Source: Verrucomicrobiia bacterium
Lineage (GTDB): Bacteria > Verrucomicrobiota > Verrucomicrobiia > Limisphaerales > UBA1319
DNA length: 64,000 bases
NCBI GenBank assembly: GCA_963664225.1
Contig: OY760937.1
Coordinates: forward strand, 832,001 to 896,000
Direction: 5' to 3'
How positions within the stretch are numbered: the first letter of the stretch is position 1; each line of letters starts with the position of its first letter. The position numbers and the translations under genes were made by a program. The notes below the pieces were generated by a model. The model was given only the letters and a program-made list of their open reading frames with translations, ran no database searches and was not told the DNA's origin. Shown piece after piece: positions 1 to 10,094 of the stretch.

Positions 1-85
1 GTCAAAGGGGTGTGTCGCCGACTGGGGATGGGGGCTGTAAAAATAATTGTGTAAGTGGCCTGAGAGAGATGAAAGGATTAACGAC

Positions 86-1303
86 ATGGCCATTACCGAT
101 GAAGTGCTAAACGAACTGCTTAAAGATTATCAGAAGCCCGAAGATTTATTGGGCAAGGATGGGATCTTCAAGCAACTGCAGAAGCGGCTGCTGGAGAAGG
201 CAATGGGAGCGGAGTTGACGGTGCATTTGGGTTACGACAAGCATGACCCGGCGGGCCGCAACTCGGGCAACTCGCGCAACGGCACCAGTCCCAAGACCCT
301 CAAGGGAGAGTTTGGTCACCTGGAGCTGGCGACGCCCCGGGATCGCAATGGAACCTTTGAGCCGCTGATCGTGGCCAAGGGGCAACGCCGGTTCGAGGGA
401 TTTGACCAAGCGATCCTCAGTCTGTATTCGCGTGGCATGACGACGCGGGAGATTGAAGGGCACCTGTTGGACATATACGGGGTGGAGGTGTCGCCGACTC
501 TGGTCTCGCAAGTGACCGAGGCGGTGTGCGCCGATGTGAAGGTCTGGCAGGACCGACCACTGGAGGAAGTTTACCCCATTGTCTATTTTGATGCGCTCTG
601 GGGCAAGGTGCGGCAGGACGGTCAGGTGGCCAAGGTGGCGGTGTATCTGGCGCTGGGGATCACGATGACCGGGCAGAAGGAGGTTCTGGGCATGTGGGCG
701 GCTCACAGTGAGGGGGCCAAGTTTTGGCTGCATGTGCTGACGGAGCTTAAAAACCGGGGAGTAAAGGACATCTTTATTGGCTGCGTGGATGGGATTAAAG
801 GCTTCCCTGAAGCGATGGAAACGGTCTTTCCGGCGACCCAGGTGCAGCTCTGCCTGGTGCACATGGTGCGTAATTCGCTCAGCTACGTGGGATGGAAGGA
901 GCGCAAAGCGGTGGCCGCCGATTTGAAGGCGATTTATCGGGCGGCGACGGTGGCCCAGGCCGAGCAGGCGCTGGAGGCTTTTGCCCAAAAGTGGGACAAA
1001 AAATACCCATCGATCAGCAAGAGTTGGCGGGCGCACTGGCCGGAACTGATCACGTTTTTGAAGTATCCTGAAGAGATCCGCAAAGCCATTTATACGACCA
1101 ATGCGATTGAGTCGGTGAACCGATCGCTGCGTAAAATCACCAAGAATCGGGGCGTTTTTCCAAACGAGGAATCCCTGCTCAAACTCTATTATCTGGCGCT
1201 GGAACGGGCGGCCAAAAAGTGGACCATGCCCATCCACAATTGGGGCCAGGCGCTGAACCGATTTGCCATTGAATTTGGGGACCGGATGCCCCAGTTGGCT
1301 TGA
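86..1303 (+). CDS. IS256 (Mutator-type) DDE transposase
   Basis: Typical motifs NSRNG, PRDR, YPIVYFDA, CVDG, QLCLVH, IYTTNAIESVN; ATG at 86 chosen. Confidence 0.95.
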   Translation: MAITDEVLNELLKDYQKPEDLLGKDGIFKQLQKRLLEKAMGAELTVHLGYDKHDPAGRNSGNSRNGTSPKTLKGEFGHLELATPRDRNGTFEPLIVAKGQRRFEGFDQAILSLYSRGMTTREIEGHLLDIYGVEVSPTLVSQVTEAVCADVKVWQDRPLEEVYPIVYFDALWGKVRQDGQVAKVAVYLALGITMTGQKEVLGMWAAHSEGAKFWLHVLTELKNRGVKDIFIGCVDGIKGFPEAMETVFPATQVQLCLVHMVRNSLSYVGWKERKAVAADLKAIYRAATVAQAEQALEAFAQKWDKKYPSISKSWRAHWPELITFLKYPEEIRKAIYTTNAIESVNRSLRKITKNRGVFPNEESLLKLYYLALERAAKKWTMPIHNWGQALNRFAIEFGDRMPQLA

Positions 1304-1340
1304 GCCGCCATGAAAACTGGATACGCAAGCCCATTTAACC

Positions 1341-1379
1341 GCAGGGGGCGCGAGCTAAGGCTCAAAGCTCGCCCCCTGC
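1341..1379 (+). terminator. GC-rich hairpin in the IS256 3' region
   Basis: gcagggggcg...cgccccctgc inverted repeat after the transposase stop. Confidence 0.5.
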
Positions 1380-1467
1380 TGGTTCTATCTCGCTGCGAAA
1401 ACGCAGGGAGTCATAACAACAAAAAACAAAACTAAAAAATCACTTACACAGTTTTCTTTACAAAACC

Positions 1468-2276
1468 TGGGGATGAGCCGCCAGAACTTCTATGCGGGGC
1501 GCACGCGGCGGATGCGCAAGAAAGTGGAGGGCGACCTTGTGGCCGATTTAGTGCGTCAGGAGCGCAGGAAGCATCCGCGGATCGGGGCGCGAAAGCTCCA
1601 CAGGACGATCAAGCCAGCCCTGGAAAAGGCCGGAGTAAAAATGGGGCGGGACCGCCTGTTTGAAGAGTTGCGAGAGCGGGATTTGCTGGTGCCGCCGCTG
1701 CCCCGGCAATGACCCCAGACAACCCATTACAATCCCAGTTTGCCGGTGTTTCACAATGAGATCAAGGAACGGGAGGTGAAGCGGGCCAATGAGGTTTGGG
1801 TGGCGGATATGACCTATGTGCGGACCGACGAGGGTTTTTTATATGTGTCGCTGATCACGGATAAGTATTCGCGCAAGATCGTGGGTTTCCATGCCGATGA
1901 GACGCTGGAAACCAGGGGGACGCTTGAGGCGTTGGAGATGGCGCTGGCGGCACTGCCCAGGGGATTCAATCCGATCCATCATTCGGATCGTGGCTGTCAG
2001 TATGCCAGTCATGAGTATGTGGATCGGTTGAAGTTGGGCGGCCTGTCCATCAGCATGACGGAGGAGGATCATTGCGCGGAGAATGCGATGGCCGAACGGG
2101 TCAACGGCATCCTAAAGCAGGAGTATGGCATAGGGTATGGATTTAAGACCAAGGCGCTGGCGCGCAAAGTAATCAGTCAGGCTGTCAATCTCTACAATAC
2201 GCGCCGATTGCATACGGCATTGAATTACCAGGTGCCCGAGGCCGTTCACATCCGGGGAACCGTCGAGTATAACTAA
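1468..2276 (+). pseudogene. IS3 orfB (DDE) remnant
   Basis: Split by the IS256 and carries TGA at 1710-1712 where copy 2 has TGG (Trp). Confidence 0.92.
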
Positions 2277-2487
2277 GAAGCCATACCGGCCTGAGAGGGG
2301 AGGGTCCGCGCCACAGTGCCCCTTCGGGTCCACTACGGCATTGGCACTTCGTGCCAAAGCCTCCGTTCCCCCGAAGGGGCACTGCTCTCCTCCTGAAGGT
2401 GTGGGACAGTAGGAAGATTCCCTCCGACCGGAAACCGAAAGAAATAAGACTCAGGAAAAAGTGACAAATTTAAACCAGGACTTGACC

Positions 2488-4800
2488 GGAGATTTCGGGA
2501 GTCGCGGGAGGAATTGGGTGGTTTGGAAGTTGGATAAACATGGCGCTCCGCTGGAGCTGGGAGGAAATTGACAATGGGAAATCGGTTGGGTTTGGGGGTG
2601 CCGTTTGCTATAAACATGTCGCCCCGCTGGGGCTAGAAAACGCAGGTGAGGACAAGAATCTACGACCCCTGCCGGGGTCGGGTTCGAATGCGTGGGGATT
2701 CCGGGGGTGTCGGTCGCGGACGACCTCAACCACCCGGCTAATCGCTTGTATCCCTCCGGGATGGCTTTGATAAACATTTCGCCCCGCTGGGGCTAAGAAA
2801 CGCACGTGAGTACAGGACCGCCAAATGGACTGACTGGACTGACAATTGGCTGTGGATTTCAGGGCGTTTGGCTTTGATTCAACCCTTTCAGGGTAGGGGA
2901 TTCCTGGGGGGGCGATTACCCCGGGTAGGCCTCGGCGGTCAACCCGGGGCTGAGTGATTGCATCCCGTTCCGGGTTGCCGGTCAGGACGTTTTAGTAGGA
3001 GTGGCCGGCATAATGGTTCGCCCATGGTGGTTCGGTGTTGGACTCAGATGGACCATGAAAAGGGTGGGGGAATGCGGACATGGGTCTGTGAATATTAAAT
3101 GTTTCAATCAAGGCAGGGGAGTGTCTGAAATGGTTCTCGCCTCGTTTGTGTCCATTCAGGTTCTGCTGCGAAAGAGAAGACATGCGTCATTTGGCATCTA
3201 TAAACATGACGCTCCGATGGAGCTTGGGAATTGGTCGTGGGGGTGGCGATTGCTATAAACATGTCGCCCCGCTGGGGCTAAGAAACGCAGGTGAGGACAA
3301 GAATCTGCGACCCCTGCCGGGGTCGGGTTCGAATGCGTGGGGATTCCGGGGGTGTCGGTCGCGGACGACCTCAACCACCCGGCTAATCGCTTGTATCCCT
3401 CCGGGATGGCTTTGATAAACATGTCGTCCCGCTGGGGCTACGAAACGCAGGTGAGGACAGGACCGCCAAATGGACTGACTGGACTGACCATTGGCTGTGG
3501 ATTGCAGGGCGTATGGTTTTGATTCAACCCTTTCAGGGTAGGGAATTCCTGGGGGTCGATTACCCCGGGTAGGCCTTGGCGGCCAACCCGGGGCTGAGTG
3601 ATTGCAACCCGTTCCGGGTTGCCGGTGAGGAGGTTTTGGCAGGAGTGGCCGGCAAAAGGGTTCGCCCATAGTGGTTCGGTGTTGGACTCACGTGGACCAT
3701 GAAAAGGGTGGGTGAATGCGGACATGGGTCTGTGAATATTAAATGTTTCAATCAAGGCAGGGGAGTGTCTGAAATGGTTCTCGCCTCGTTTGTGTCCATT
3801 CAGGTTCTGCTGCGAAAGAGAAGACATGCGTCATTTGGCATCTATAAACATGACGCTCCGATGGAGCTTGGGAATTGGTCGTGGGGGTGGCGATTGCTAT
3901 AAACATGTCGCCCGCGCTGGGGCTGGGAGGAAATGGAAAATGGGGCGAAGGGGTTGGTCTGGGGGTTGGAATTGGTAGTGGGGGTGGCGTTTGCTATAAA
4001 CGTGGCGCTCCGCTGGGGTAAAGAAACGCAGGTGAGGACAAGAATCTGCGACCCCTGCCGGGGTCGGGTTCGATTGCGTGGGGATTCCGGGGGTGTCGGT
4101 CGCGGACGACCTCAACCACCCGGCTAATCGCTTGTATCCCTCCGGGATGGCGATGAGAAACATGGCGCTCCGCTGGGGCTGGGAGGAAATGGAAAATGGG
4201 GCGAAGGGGTTGGTCTGGGGGTGCCGCTTGCTATAAACATGTCGTCCCGCTGGGGCTAGAAAACGCAGGTGAGGACAAGAATCTACGACCCCTGCCGGGG
4301 TCGGATTCGAATGCGTGGGGATTCCGGGGGTGTCGGTCGCGGACGACCTCAACCACCCGGCTAATCGCTTGTATCCCTCCGGGATGGCGATGAGAAACAT
4401 GGCGCCCCGCTGGAGTTGGGAGGAAATGGAAAATGGTCAATTGACCGGAAGATCGCGGGAAGAATTGGGCGGTTTGGAAATTGGATAAACATGGTGCTCC
4501 GCTGGAGCTGGGAATTGGTCAGGGGGTGGCGCTTGCTATAAACATGTCGCCCCGCTGGGGCTTGGGTTTTGTCGTTGTTCGATTTCTATAAAAATGTCGC
4601 CCCGCTGGGGTAAAGAAACGCAGGTGAGGACAAGAATCTACGACCCCTGCCGGGGTCGGGTTCGATTGCGTGGGGATTCCGGGGGTGTCGGTCGCGGACG
4701 ACCTCAACCACCCGGCTAATCGCTTGTATCCCTCCGGGATGGCTTTGATAAACATGTCGCCTCGCTGGGACTGGGAGGAAATGGAAAATGGACATCTGGG
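2488..4800 (+). repeat. Mosaic array of REP-like hairpin repeats
   Basis: 16 co-oriented copies of ~ATAAACATGTCGCCCCGCTGGGGCT; 5 copies of a ~125-bp unit (2641, 3286, 4027, 4264, 4619); a ~645-bp tandem duplication (2608/3253). Confidence 0.9.
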
Positions 4801-4968
4801 GAAGAGCAATTTACATGGATGGGAAGGATGAACAGGATTTTTGACCGCGGATAGGACGGCGTTTTAAAGGGGTTTTCAGTTTGGGGAAGTTTCTGTCCTG
4901 AATCCACGAATCCGGGCGGTTGCAGGAAACGCTTGCGGAGTGGTGCGGGCTGGGGAATAGTCGCGGGC

Positions 4969-5556
4969 ATGACCAAGTTGCGCCTTTTGATGTTGATTTT
5001 GGTGGTGGCCGCCGCGGGCATTTTGGGCGTGGTGGCGGGTTTGGTGGGCGCCCGGATGTTCTTCCCGTCCAGCACGGTTCGGGCCTACAACAGCAGTCTT
5101 TTGCTCAAGCAGATTCAGGCGGTCAACCAGTTGGTGACGGTGAAGTATGTGTTGGAGAAGGTGGTGGTTCTGGAGGACGTGAAGTGGTATGGGCAGAGCC
5201 GGGTGTTGATGCTCGCCCATGGAGTGGTGAAGGCTGGGGTGGATTTAAAGCAGGTGAAAGCGGGGGATGTGAGTGTCTCGGGGGGCAAGATAGCGATTCA
5301 ATTGCCGCGGCCAGTGATCACGGATGTCTATCTGGATGAGCGAAAGACGCAGGTGATCGAGCGTTCAACGGGTTTGTTGATGCCCTTTGACAAGGATCTG
5401 GAGCAGAACGCGCGCAGGATTGCCGTGGATGAGATGAAGGCGGCGGCGCGATCCAGCGATATTTTAAACGACGCGCAGGAACGCGCGTTGCAGCAAGTCA
5501 AGGCGCTGTGCAGTCAGTTGGGCTTTTCGGACGCCGAGGTGACTGTGGGACGATGA
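4969..5556 (+). CDS. DUF4230 family protein with N-terminal TM anchor
   Basis: N-terminal hydrophobic helix; GxVKAGVDL motif; IL..A...A C-terminus. Confidence 0.8.
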   Translation: MTKLRLLMLILVVAAAGILGVVAGLVGARMFFPSSTVRAYNSSLLLKQIQAVNQLVTVKYVLEKVVVLEDVKWYGQSRVLMLAHGVVKAGVDLKQVKAGDVSVSGGKIAIQLPRPVITDVYLDERKTQVIERSTGLLMPFDKDLEQNARRIAVDEMKAAARSSDILNDAQERALQQVKALCSQLGFSDAEVTVGR

Positions 5557-5858
5557 TGTTCCAAGCGCCCAAAGAAACGGCTCCAGCGGCTTTCGGAGAG
5601 TCGCAGACGCAGTTTGACCAGGTAGAGGCCTTCGCCTGTCTGCCCGGGAATTCTCGCGCTTATTGAGGCGAGCTTTGTGGTGCGGCTGCCCTGGTAGAGG
5701 AGGGAGATGCGCCCATATCCAACCCGATATTCCGAGGTGGGGGTTTCCGCCGCATCCGGGCTGGAATAAAGCATTTCCCGGCGTTTCCTGTGAAGGAACT
5801 GCCATTGCCGTATTTCCTTATTTTGGCTGAGCGATTGCATAATGACCGATTGACCCAT
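5514..5858 (-). CDS. hypothetical protein (doubtful)
   Basis: ATG-started ORF converging on DUF4230 and overlapping it by 43 bp; no recognisable motif. Confidence 0.3.
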   Translation of the reverse strand: MGQSVIMQSLSQNKEIRQWQFLHRKRREMLYSSPDAAETPTSEYRVGYGRISLLYQGSRTTKLASISARIPGQTGEGLYLVKLRLRLSESRWSRFFGRLEHHRPTVTSASEKPN

Positions 5859-6244
5859 CTTAAGAATTAAGCGGTGCCAGGCTTGCCACGCCGCAGTGCA
5901 CCGATTCAATACGACAGGTGAAGCAAAAATAAGGCCACGTAACGTTTTTATGGGCAGTTTGTATGATTTTTTGCCCGTAAACCGACTGGATCGTTGAAGA
6001 TTCCGCTTCTGACCGGCTTTAAACAACCTTTGAAATGGATGAAACGAGTGGTTTTGCGCGTTGGAGAGTGATTCTGCCGCAGGGAGGCTGATCCGGGATT
6101 GTCTTGTTTTGGCACAGGTTCTCCATTCGTGAATTCTGGCACCTGTTTTGCCAACCCCTGATTTTTTTCGATTCTTTGGCACGTTTTCCACAGGAAATCA
6201 CGCTTGGCAGGGGGCTGGAATTTTGGTTAGCTATCGCTGCTTAA

Positions 6245-8428
6245 ATGAAATACTTACGCCCCATGGGTCTGGCCGGCATGATGCTGGGCGCGGTCGTGAA
6301 CGTTCACGGCGCCCCGGAACAGTCGGTTTGGGAGGTTGAGTCCCTGAATGCGGACAGTCCGTTTGAGTTCGATCTCCAGCGGCAAACGCTGGTGGCGACC
6401 AACGGCGCTGTGGTGACGTATCACGATGTGAAGCGCGGGGACATTGTGCTGACCGCGCAGCACATCCAGGTCAATCAGGTTTCCGGCGACGCGGTGGCGG
6501 AAGGGGCGGTGAATCTGCGATCGGACAATCAATTGTGGATTGGCCAGCGGCTGCAGTATAATTTCATCACCAAGCAAATTCAGGGGGACGATTTTCGCAC
6601 GGGCCTGGCTCCGTTTTATGTGAAAGGCCAGAACCTTACGATGAGTCTGACGAATCAGACTTATTCGGCCACCAATGCGGTGATCACGACTGACGATGTG
6701 GCGGAGCCCGGGTTTCAGGTGCGCGCCCGGAAGATTACGATCATTCCCGGCAAATCCGTGAGCGCGCGGAATGCGGTTCTCTATGCGGGGAACACGCCGA
6801 TCATGTATTATCCGTACTACGAGCGGAAATTGCATGCGCATCCGAATAACTGGGTGCTGGAGCCGGGCTATCGAAGCCTCTACGGGCCGTATTTGCTGGC
6901 GAAGTATAATTTTTATCTGCTGGATCATTTCACGACCGGCATCAATGTCGATTACCGCATGGACCGTGGTTTTGGCTACGGACCCGATTTTTCGTATGAC
7001 CTGGGCAAGGTGGGGAAGGGGGATTTCCGGTTCTATTTCACACACGATAAAAAGCCGGATAACGATCCGAATGGGAAGCCGATCAAGGATGACCGGCAAC
7101 GGGTCAGCTTTAATCATCTGGTGGAAGTGGGCACCAATTTCACGGCGAAGATCGTTCTGCGCGAGCAAAGCGACGCCTACATCATCCGCGATTTTTACGA
7201 GGACGAGTACCGCAAAAACATCCAGCCGTCATCGTATGTCGAGGCGACGCAGTTGTGGAGGAATTGGAGTCTGGATATTCTGGCGCAACCGCAGGTCAAC
7301 AGTTATAATGAGACCGTCGAGCGGCTGCCTGATGTCAAATTGACAGGGATTCGGCAGCAATTGGGTGTTTCTCCGTTTTATTACGAGAGCGATAGTTCGG
7401 CGGGTTATTTTCGATACAAATTTGCGGACGATTATCTGCCTGAATATTCGGCGGCGCGGGCGGATACCTACCACCAAATCGTGTTGCCGAAAAATTTCTT
7501 TGGCTGGCTCAATGTCACCCCGCGCGTGGGCGGGCGGTTCACTTACTACAGCGAAGCGGATGGGCAGAACACGAAAACCGACGAGCAGTATCGGACGGTG
7601 TTCAATACGGGCGTGGAGTTTTCAACCAAGATGTCCAAGGTTTTTCACGAACCGCGCAACCGGTTTTTCGACATCACGGAGTTGCGGCACATCATGGAAC
7701 CGTCGGTCAATTATGTGTATGTGCCCGATCCAAGTGCCGCGCCCAGGGAGCTGCCCCAATTTGACAGCGAACTGCCCAGCTACCGTTTAATGCCGATCGA
7801 GTATCCGGATTACAACAGCATCGATTCGATCGACAGCCAGAACGTGATTCGTTTCGGTTTGAGGAACAAGCTTCAAACCAAGCGCAAAGACAAGATCGAT
7901 AATGTGGTGAACTGGGCGCTCTACACGGATTGGCGGGTGCGGCCGCGCAGCGATCAATCGACCTTTGCGGACATTTATTCGGACCTCGATCTCAAGCCCC
8001 GGCAGTGGATGACGCTGACCTCTGAGACCCGTTACGATGTGCAAAACGAGCACTGGCGGATGGCGAATCATTATCTGACCCTGCAGCCCGCCAACGATTG
8101 GAGTTGGTCGGTGGGGCATCGTTATTACCGCACGGATCCCACGTTCGCCGGTTACAATCTGATCATGAGCCGGTTCTATTACCGGCTGAACGAGAATTGG
8201 GGCGTGCGTGTATCGCATCATTTCGAGGCGCAGGACGGTGTCATGGAAGAGCAATACTACAGCGTGTATCGCGATCTCAGGAGCTGGACGGCGGCGCTGA
8301 CTTTCCGGGTGCGGGACAACCGCGGTGGATCGGACGATTACATGGTTGGGCTGACCCTGTCGCTGAAGGCGTTCCCGCGCTTTGGAATGGGATCGGACAG
8401 CGACATTCCCTGGACCCTGTTGGACTAG
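6245..8428 (+). CDS. lptD: LPS-assembly outer-membrane protein LptD
   Basis: Signal peptide, OstA-like beta-jellyroll N-terminus (AEGAV, A.NA.ITT, P.FY.PY-like), aromatic-rich beta-barrel C-terminus. Confidence 0.8.
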   Translation: MKYLRPMGLAGMMLGAVVNVHGAPEQSVWEVESLNADSPFEFDLQRQTLVATNGAVVTYHDVKRGDIVLTAQHIQVNQVSGDAVAEGAVNLRSDNQLWIGQRLQYNFITKQIQGDDFRTGLAPFYVKGQNLTMSLTNQTYSATNAVITTDDVAEPGFQVRARKITIIPGKSVSARNAVLYAGNTPIMYYPYYERKLHAHPNNWVLEPGYRSLYGPYLLAKYNFYLLDHFTTGINVDYRMDRGFGYGPDFSYDLGKVGKGDFRFYFTHDKKPDNDPNGKPIKDDRQRVSFNHLVEVGTNFTAKIVLREQSDAYIIRDFYEDEYRKNIQPSSYVEATQLWRNWSLDILAQPQVNSYNETVERLPDVKLTGIRQQLGVSPFYYESDSSAGYFRYKFADDYLPEYSAARADTYHQIVLPKNFFGWLNVTPRVGGRFTYYSEADGQNTKTDEQYRTVFNTGVEFSTKMSKVFHEPRNRFFDITELRHIMEPSVNYVYVPDPSAAPRELPQFDSELPSYRLMPIEYPDYNSIDSIDSQNVIRFGLRNKLQTKRKDKIDNVVNWALYTDWRVRPRSDQSTFADIYSDLDLKPRQWMTLTSETRYDVQNEHWRMANHYLTLQPANDWSWSVGHRYYRTDPTFAGYNLIMSRFYYRLNENWGVRVSHHFEAQDGVMEEQYYSVYRDLRSWTAALTFRVRDNRGGSDDYMVGLTLSLKAFPRFGMGSDSDIPWTLLD

Positions 8429-8499
8429 TTGGACTAGCCGAGGCGGCTGAACGGGTGAAAGCCCCGGCTTCAAAGGCGAAAATGGGTTAGATTGCGCCA

Positions 8500-9375
8500 G
8501 TGGAAAACGAGCAAAAAATTGATAACCGACTGGCCGCCGTGCTAAATCATTCACGCGTCTTCAACGAGTCGCTCTACGTCTATCCCGTGATTTCACGCCG
8601 GTCCCGCGGCTTGTCCGTGGGGGTCAATCTCAATCCGGACAAGGTGTGCAATTTCAATTGCGTCTATTGCGAGGTGGACCGAGTGACGCCGCCCCGCATC
8701 CGGCATGTGGATCTTAAGATCCTGCGCGAGGAGTTGATCCGCCTGGTGCGATTCATCAAGGACGGGGAGCTGGCGCGGGCGCCGAGGTTTGCGGACGCGC
8801 CGGAACTGGCCATGGACATTCGCGATTTCGCGTTCAGCGGGGATGGCGAGCCGACCATGGTGATGAATTTCGACGAGTGTGTTCAGTTGGTGGTGGACAT
8901 CAAACAGGCGGAGAATCTGCCTCAGGCCAAAATCGTGTTGATCACGGATGCGGCCGGCCTGGACAAGGCATCGGTGCAGCGTGGTCTGGTCCTCATGCAG
9001 GCGCACCAGGGCGAAATCTGGGCCAAGCTCGATGCGGGCACGGAGGAGTATTATCGCCTGGTGAATCGCTCGCACATTCAATTCTCGCGCATCCTGAACA
9101 ACATTCAGACGACGGCCCGCACGCGGCCCATTGTGATCCAAACCCTGTTTTTGAAGATCCGTGATGCCATGATGCCCCGGGAGGAGCTTGATGCTTACTG
9201 CGGAAGATTGCGCAATATTGTCGAGCAGGGCGGGGTGATTCGCGAGGTGCAGGCTTATACGGTCGCGCGACCCACGCCTGAGGCCTTCGCGACCAAACTC
9301 GACTTGGCGGAGTTGGAGGAAATCGCCCGGATCGTTCGGGAACAAACCGGATTGACCGTTCTCACCTATCCGTGA
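8500..9375 (+). CDS. Radical SAM protein
   Basis: CNFNCVYC motif, FSGDGEPT, KLDAG. Confidence 0.9.
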   Translation: MENEQKIDNRLAAVLNHSRVFNESLYVYPVISRRSRGLSVGVNLNPDKVCNFNCVYCEVDRVTPPRIRHVDLKILREELIRLVRFIKDGELARAPRFADAPELAMDIRDFAFSGDGEPTMVMNFDECVQLVVDIKQAENLPQAKIVLITDAAGLDKASVQRGLVLMQAHQGEIWAKLDAGTEEYYRLVNRSHIQFSRILNNIQTTARTRPIVIQTLFLKIRDAMMPREELDAYCGRLRNIVEQGGVIREVQAYTVARPTPEAFATKLDLAELEEIARIVREQTGLTVLTYP

Positions 9376-9419
9376 AAAACGGACGGGAATAGGGTCGGCG
9401 CATCAGGAAAGCGAACATC

Positions 9420-9725
9420 ATGAATAAGCCCAATGATTCGGATCATCCGATTTATTTGAAAGACCGCCGGCTGTTGATGCTTGCGGTCATCACGCTCGTC
9501 GCGTCCGTCACGTTTCCCATTGGCATCGTGTTTCATGGCTCGCCGTTGCTTGGCCTTTTTGGGGTTTTTGGGCTGTTTGCGGGTCCGACTTATCTGTTTC
9601 TGGCGCTGTGGGAGTATTTTCGATACAGGAAAACCTGGAAAATTCTTGCGGCTGCTTTTCTGCTGGCGCTGGCCACGGTGGTCGCCTGGGGGACCGCCAT
9701 CCTGTATCTTTTTAGAAGGATTTAA
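9420..9725 (+). CDS. Small membrane protein (about 3 TM)
   Basis: Three hydrophobic segments, 101 aa. Confidence 0.65.
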   Translation: MNKPNDSDHPIYLKDRRLLMLAVITLVASVTFPIGIVFHGSPLLGLFGVFGLFAGPTYLFLALWEYFRYRKTWKILAAAFLLALATVVAWGTAILYLFRRI

Positions 9726-10094
9726 TACGGGCGAGAAAATGGAAGAAAAGAGTTAACCACAAAAGTATCAGAGCACAGAGGTCGGCGAATTGAACATGGA
9801 CGGACAGGATGGGGGAGGAAAAGAATTACTTGGATGAGAGCCAGAGCGCATGACAAAATGCTTTCGCAATTCTCTCCGGATCCACGCTCGTGCCAATTCA
9901 CGTTTGGGGCGAGAGAGAAGAATTGCGCGTTCAGATCTTCGGGTGGACTGTGTTCATTCGCCCCATATACTTCCATGTCGTTTTAGAGGCTAATTCGGCT
10001 CTTTGAAGAATTTTGTCCTGCAACCAACTTCCGCCATGGAGGATTGAAAGCTGGCTTGCATCGGCGAACGCCTTGGATCAAAATGTTTGCCAAT

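Larger units (their letters stand above)
31..1467 (+). mobile_element. IS256-family insertion sequence inserted into an IS3 orfB
   Basis: Imperfect 27-bp terminal IRs (ggggctgtaaaaataattgtgtaagtg at 31; reverse complement ggttttgtaaagaaaactgtgtaagtg ending 1467). 8-bp direct repeat tggggatg at 23-30 and 1468-1475. The flanks rejoin to the intact IS3 sequence seen at ~20957-21000. Confidence 0.95.
1..2487 (+). mobile_element. IS3-family element copy 1 (left part outside window; disrupted)
   Basis: Positions 1-30 and 1476-2487 are near-identical to the copy at 20507-21998; the right end is ...aaccaggacttgacc. Confidence 0.92.

Noticed and set aside
1710..1712. Programmed readthrough or selenocysteine TGA in orfB
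   Set aside because: The sister copy has TGG; a simple nonsense mutation in an already disrupted element.
2488..4800. CRISPR array
   Set aside because: Spacers are 25-400 bp, reused and themselves repetitive; repeats are degenerate; no cas genes.
2333..4809. Many short ORFs in the repeat mosaic
   Set aside because: They are translations of repeated hairpin DNA in several frames with no protein motifs.
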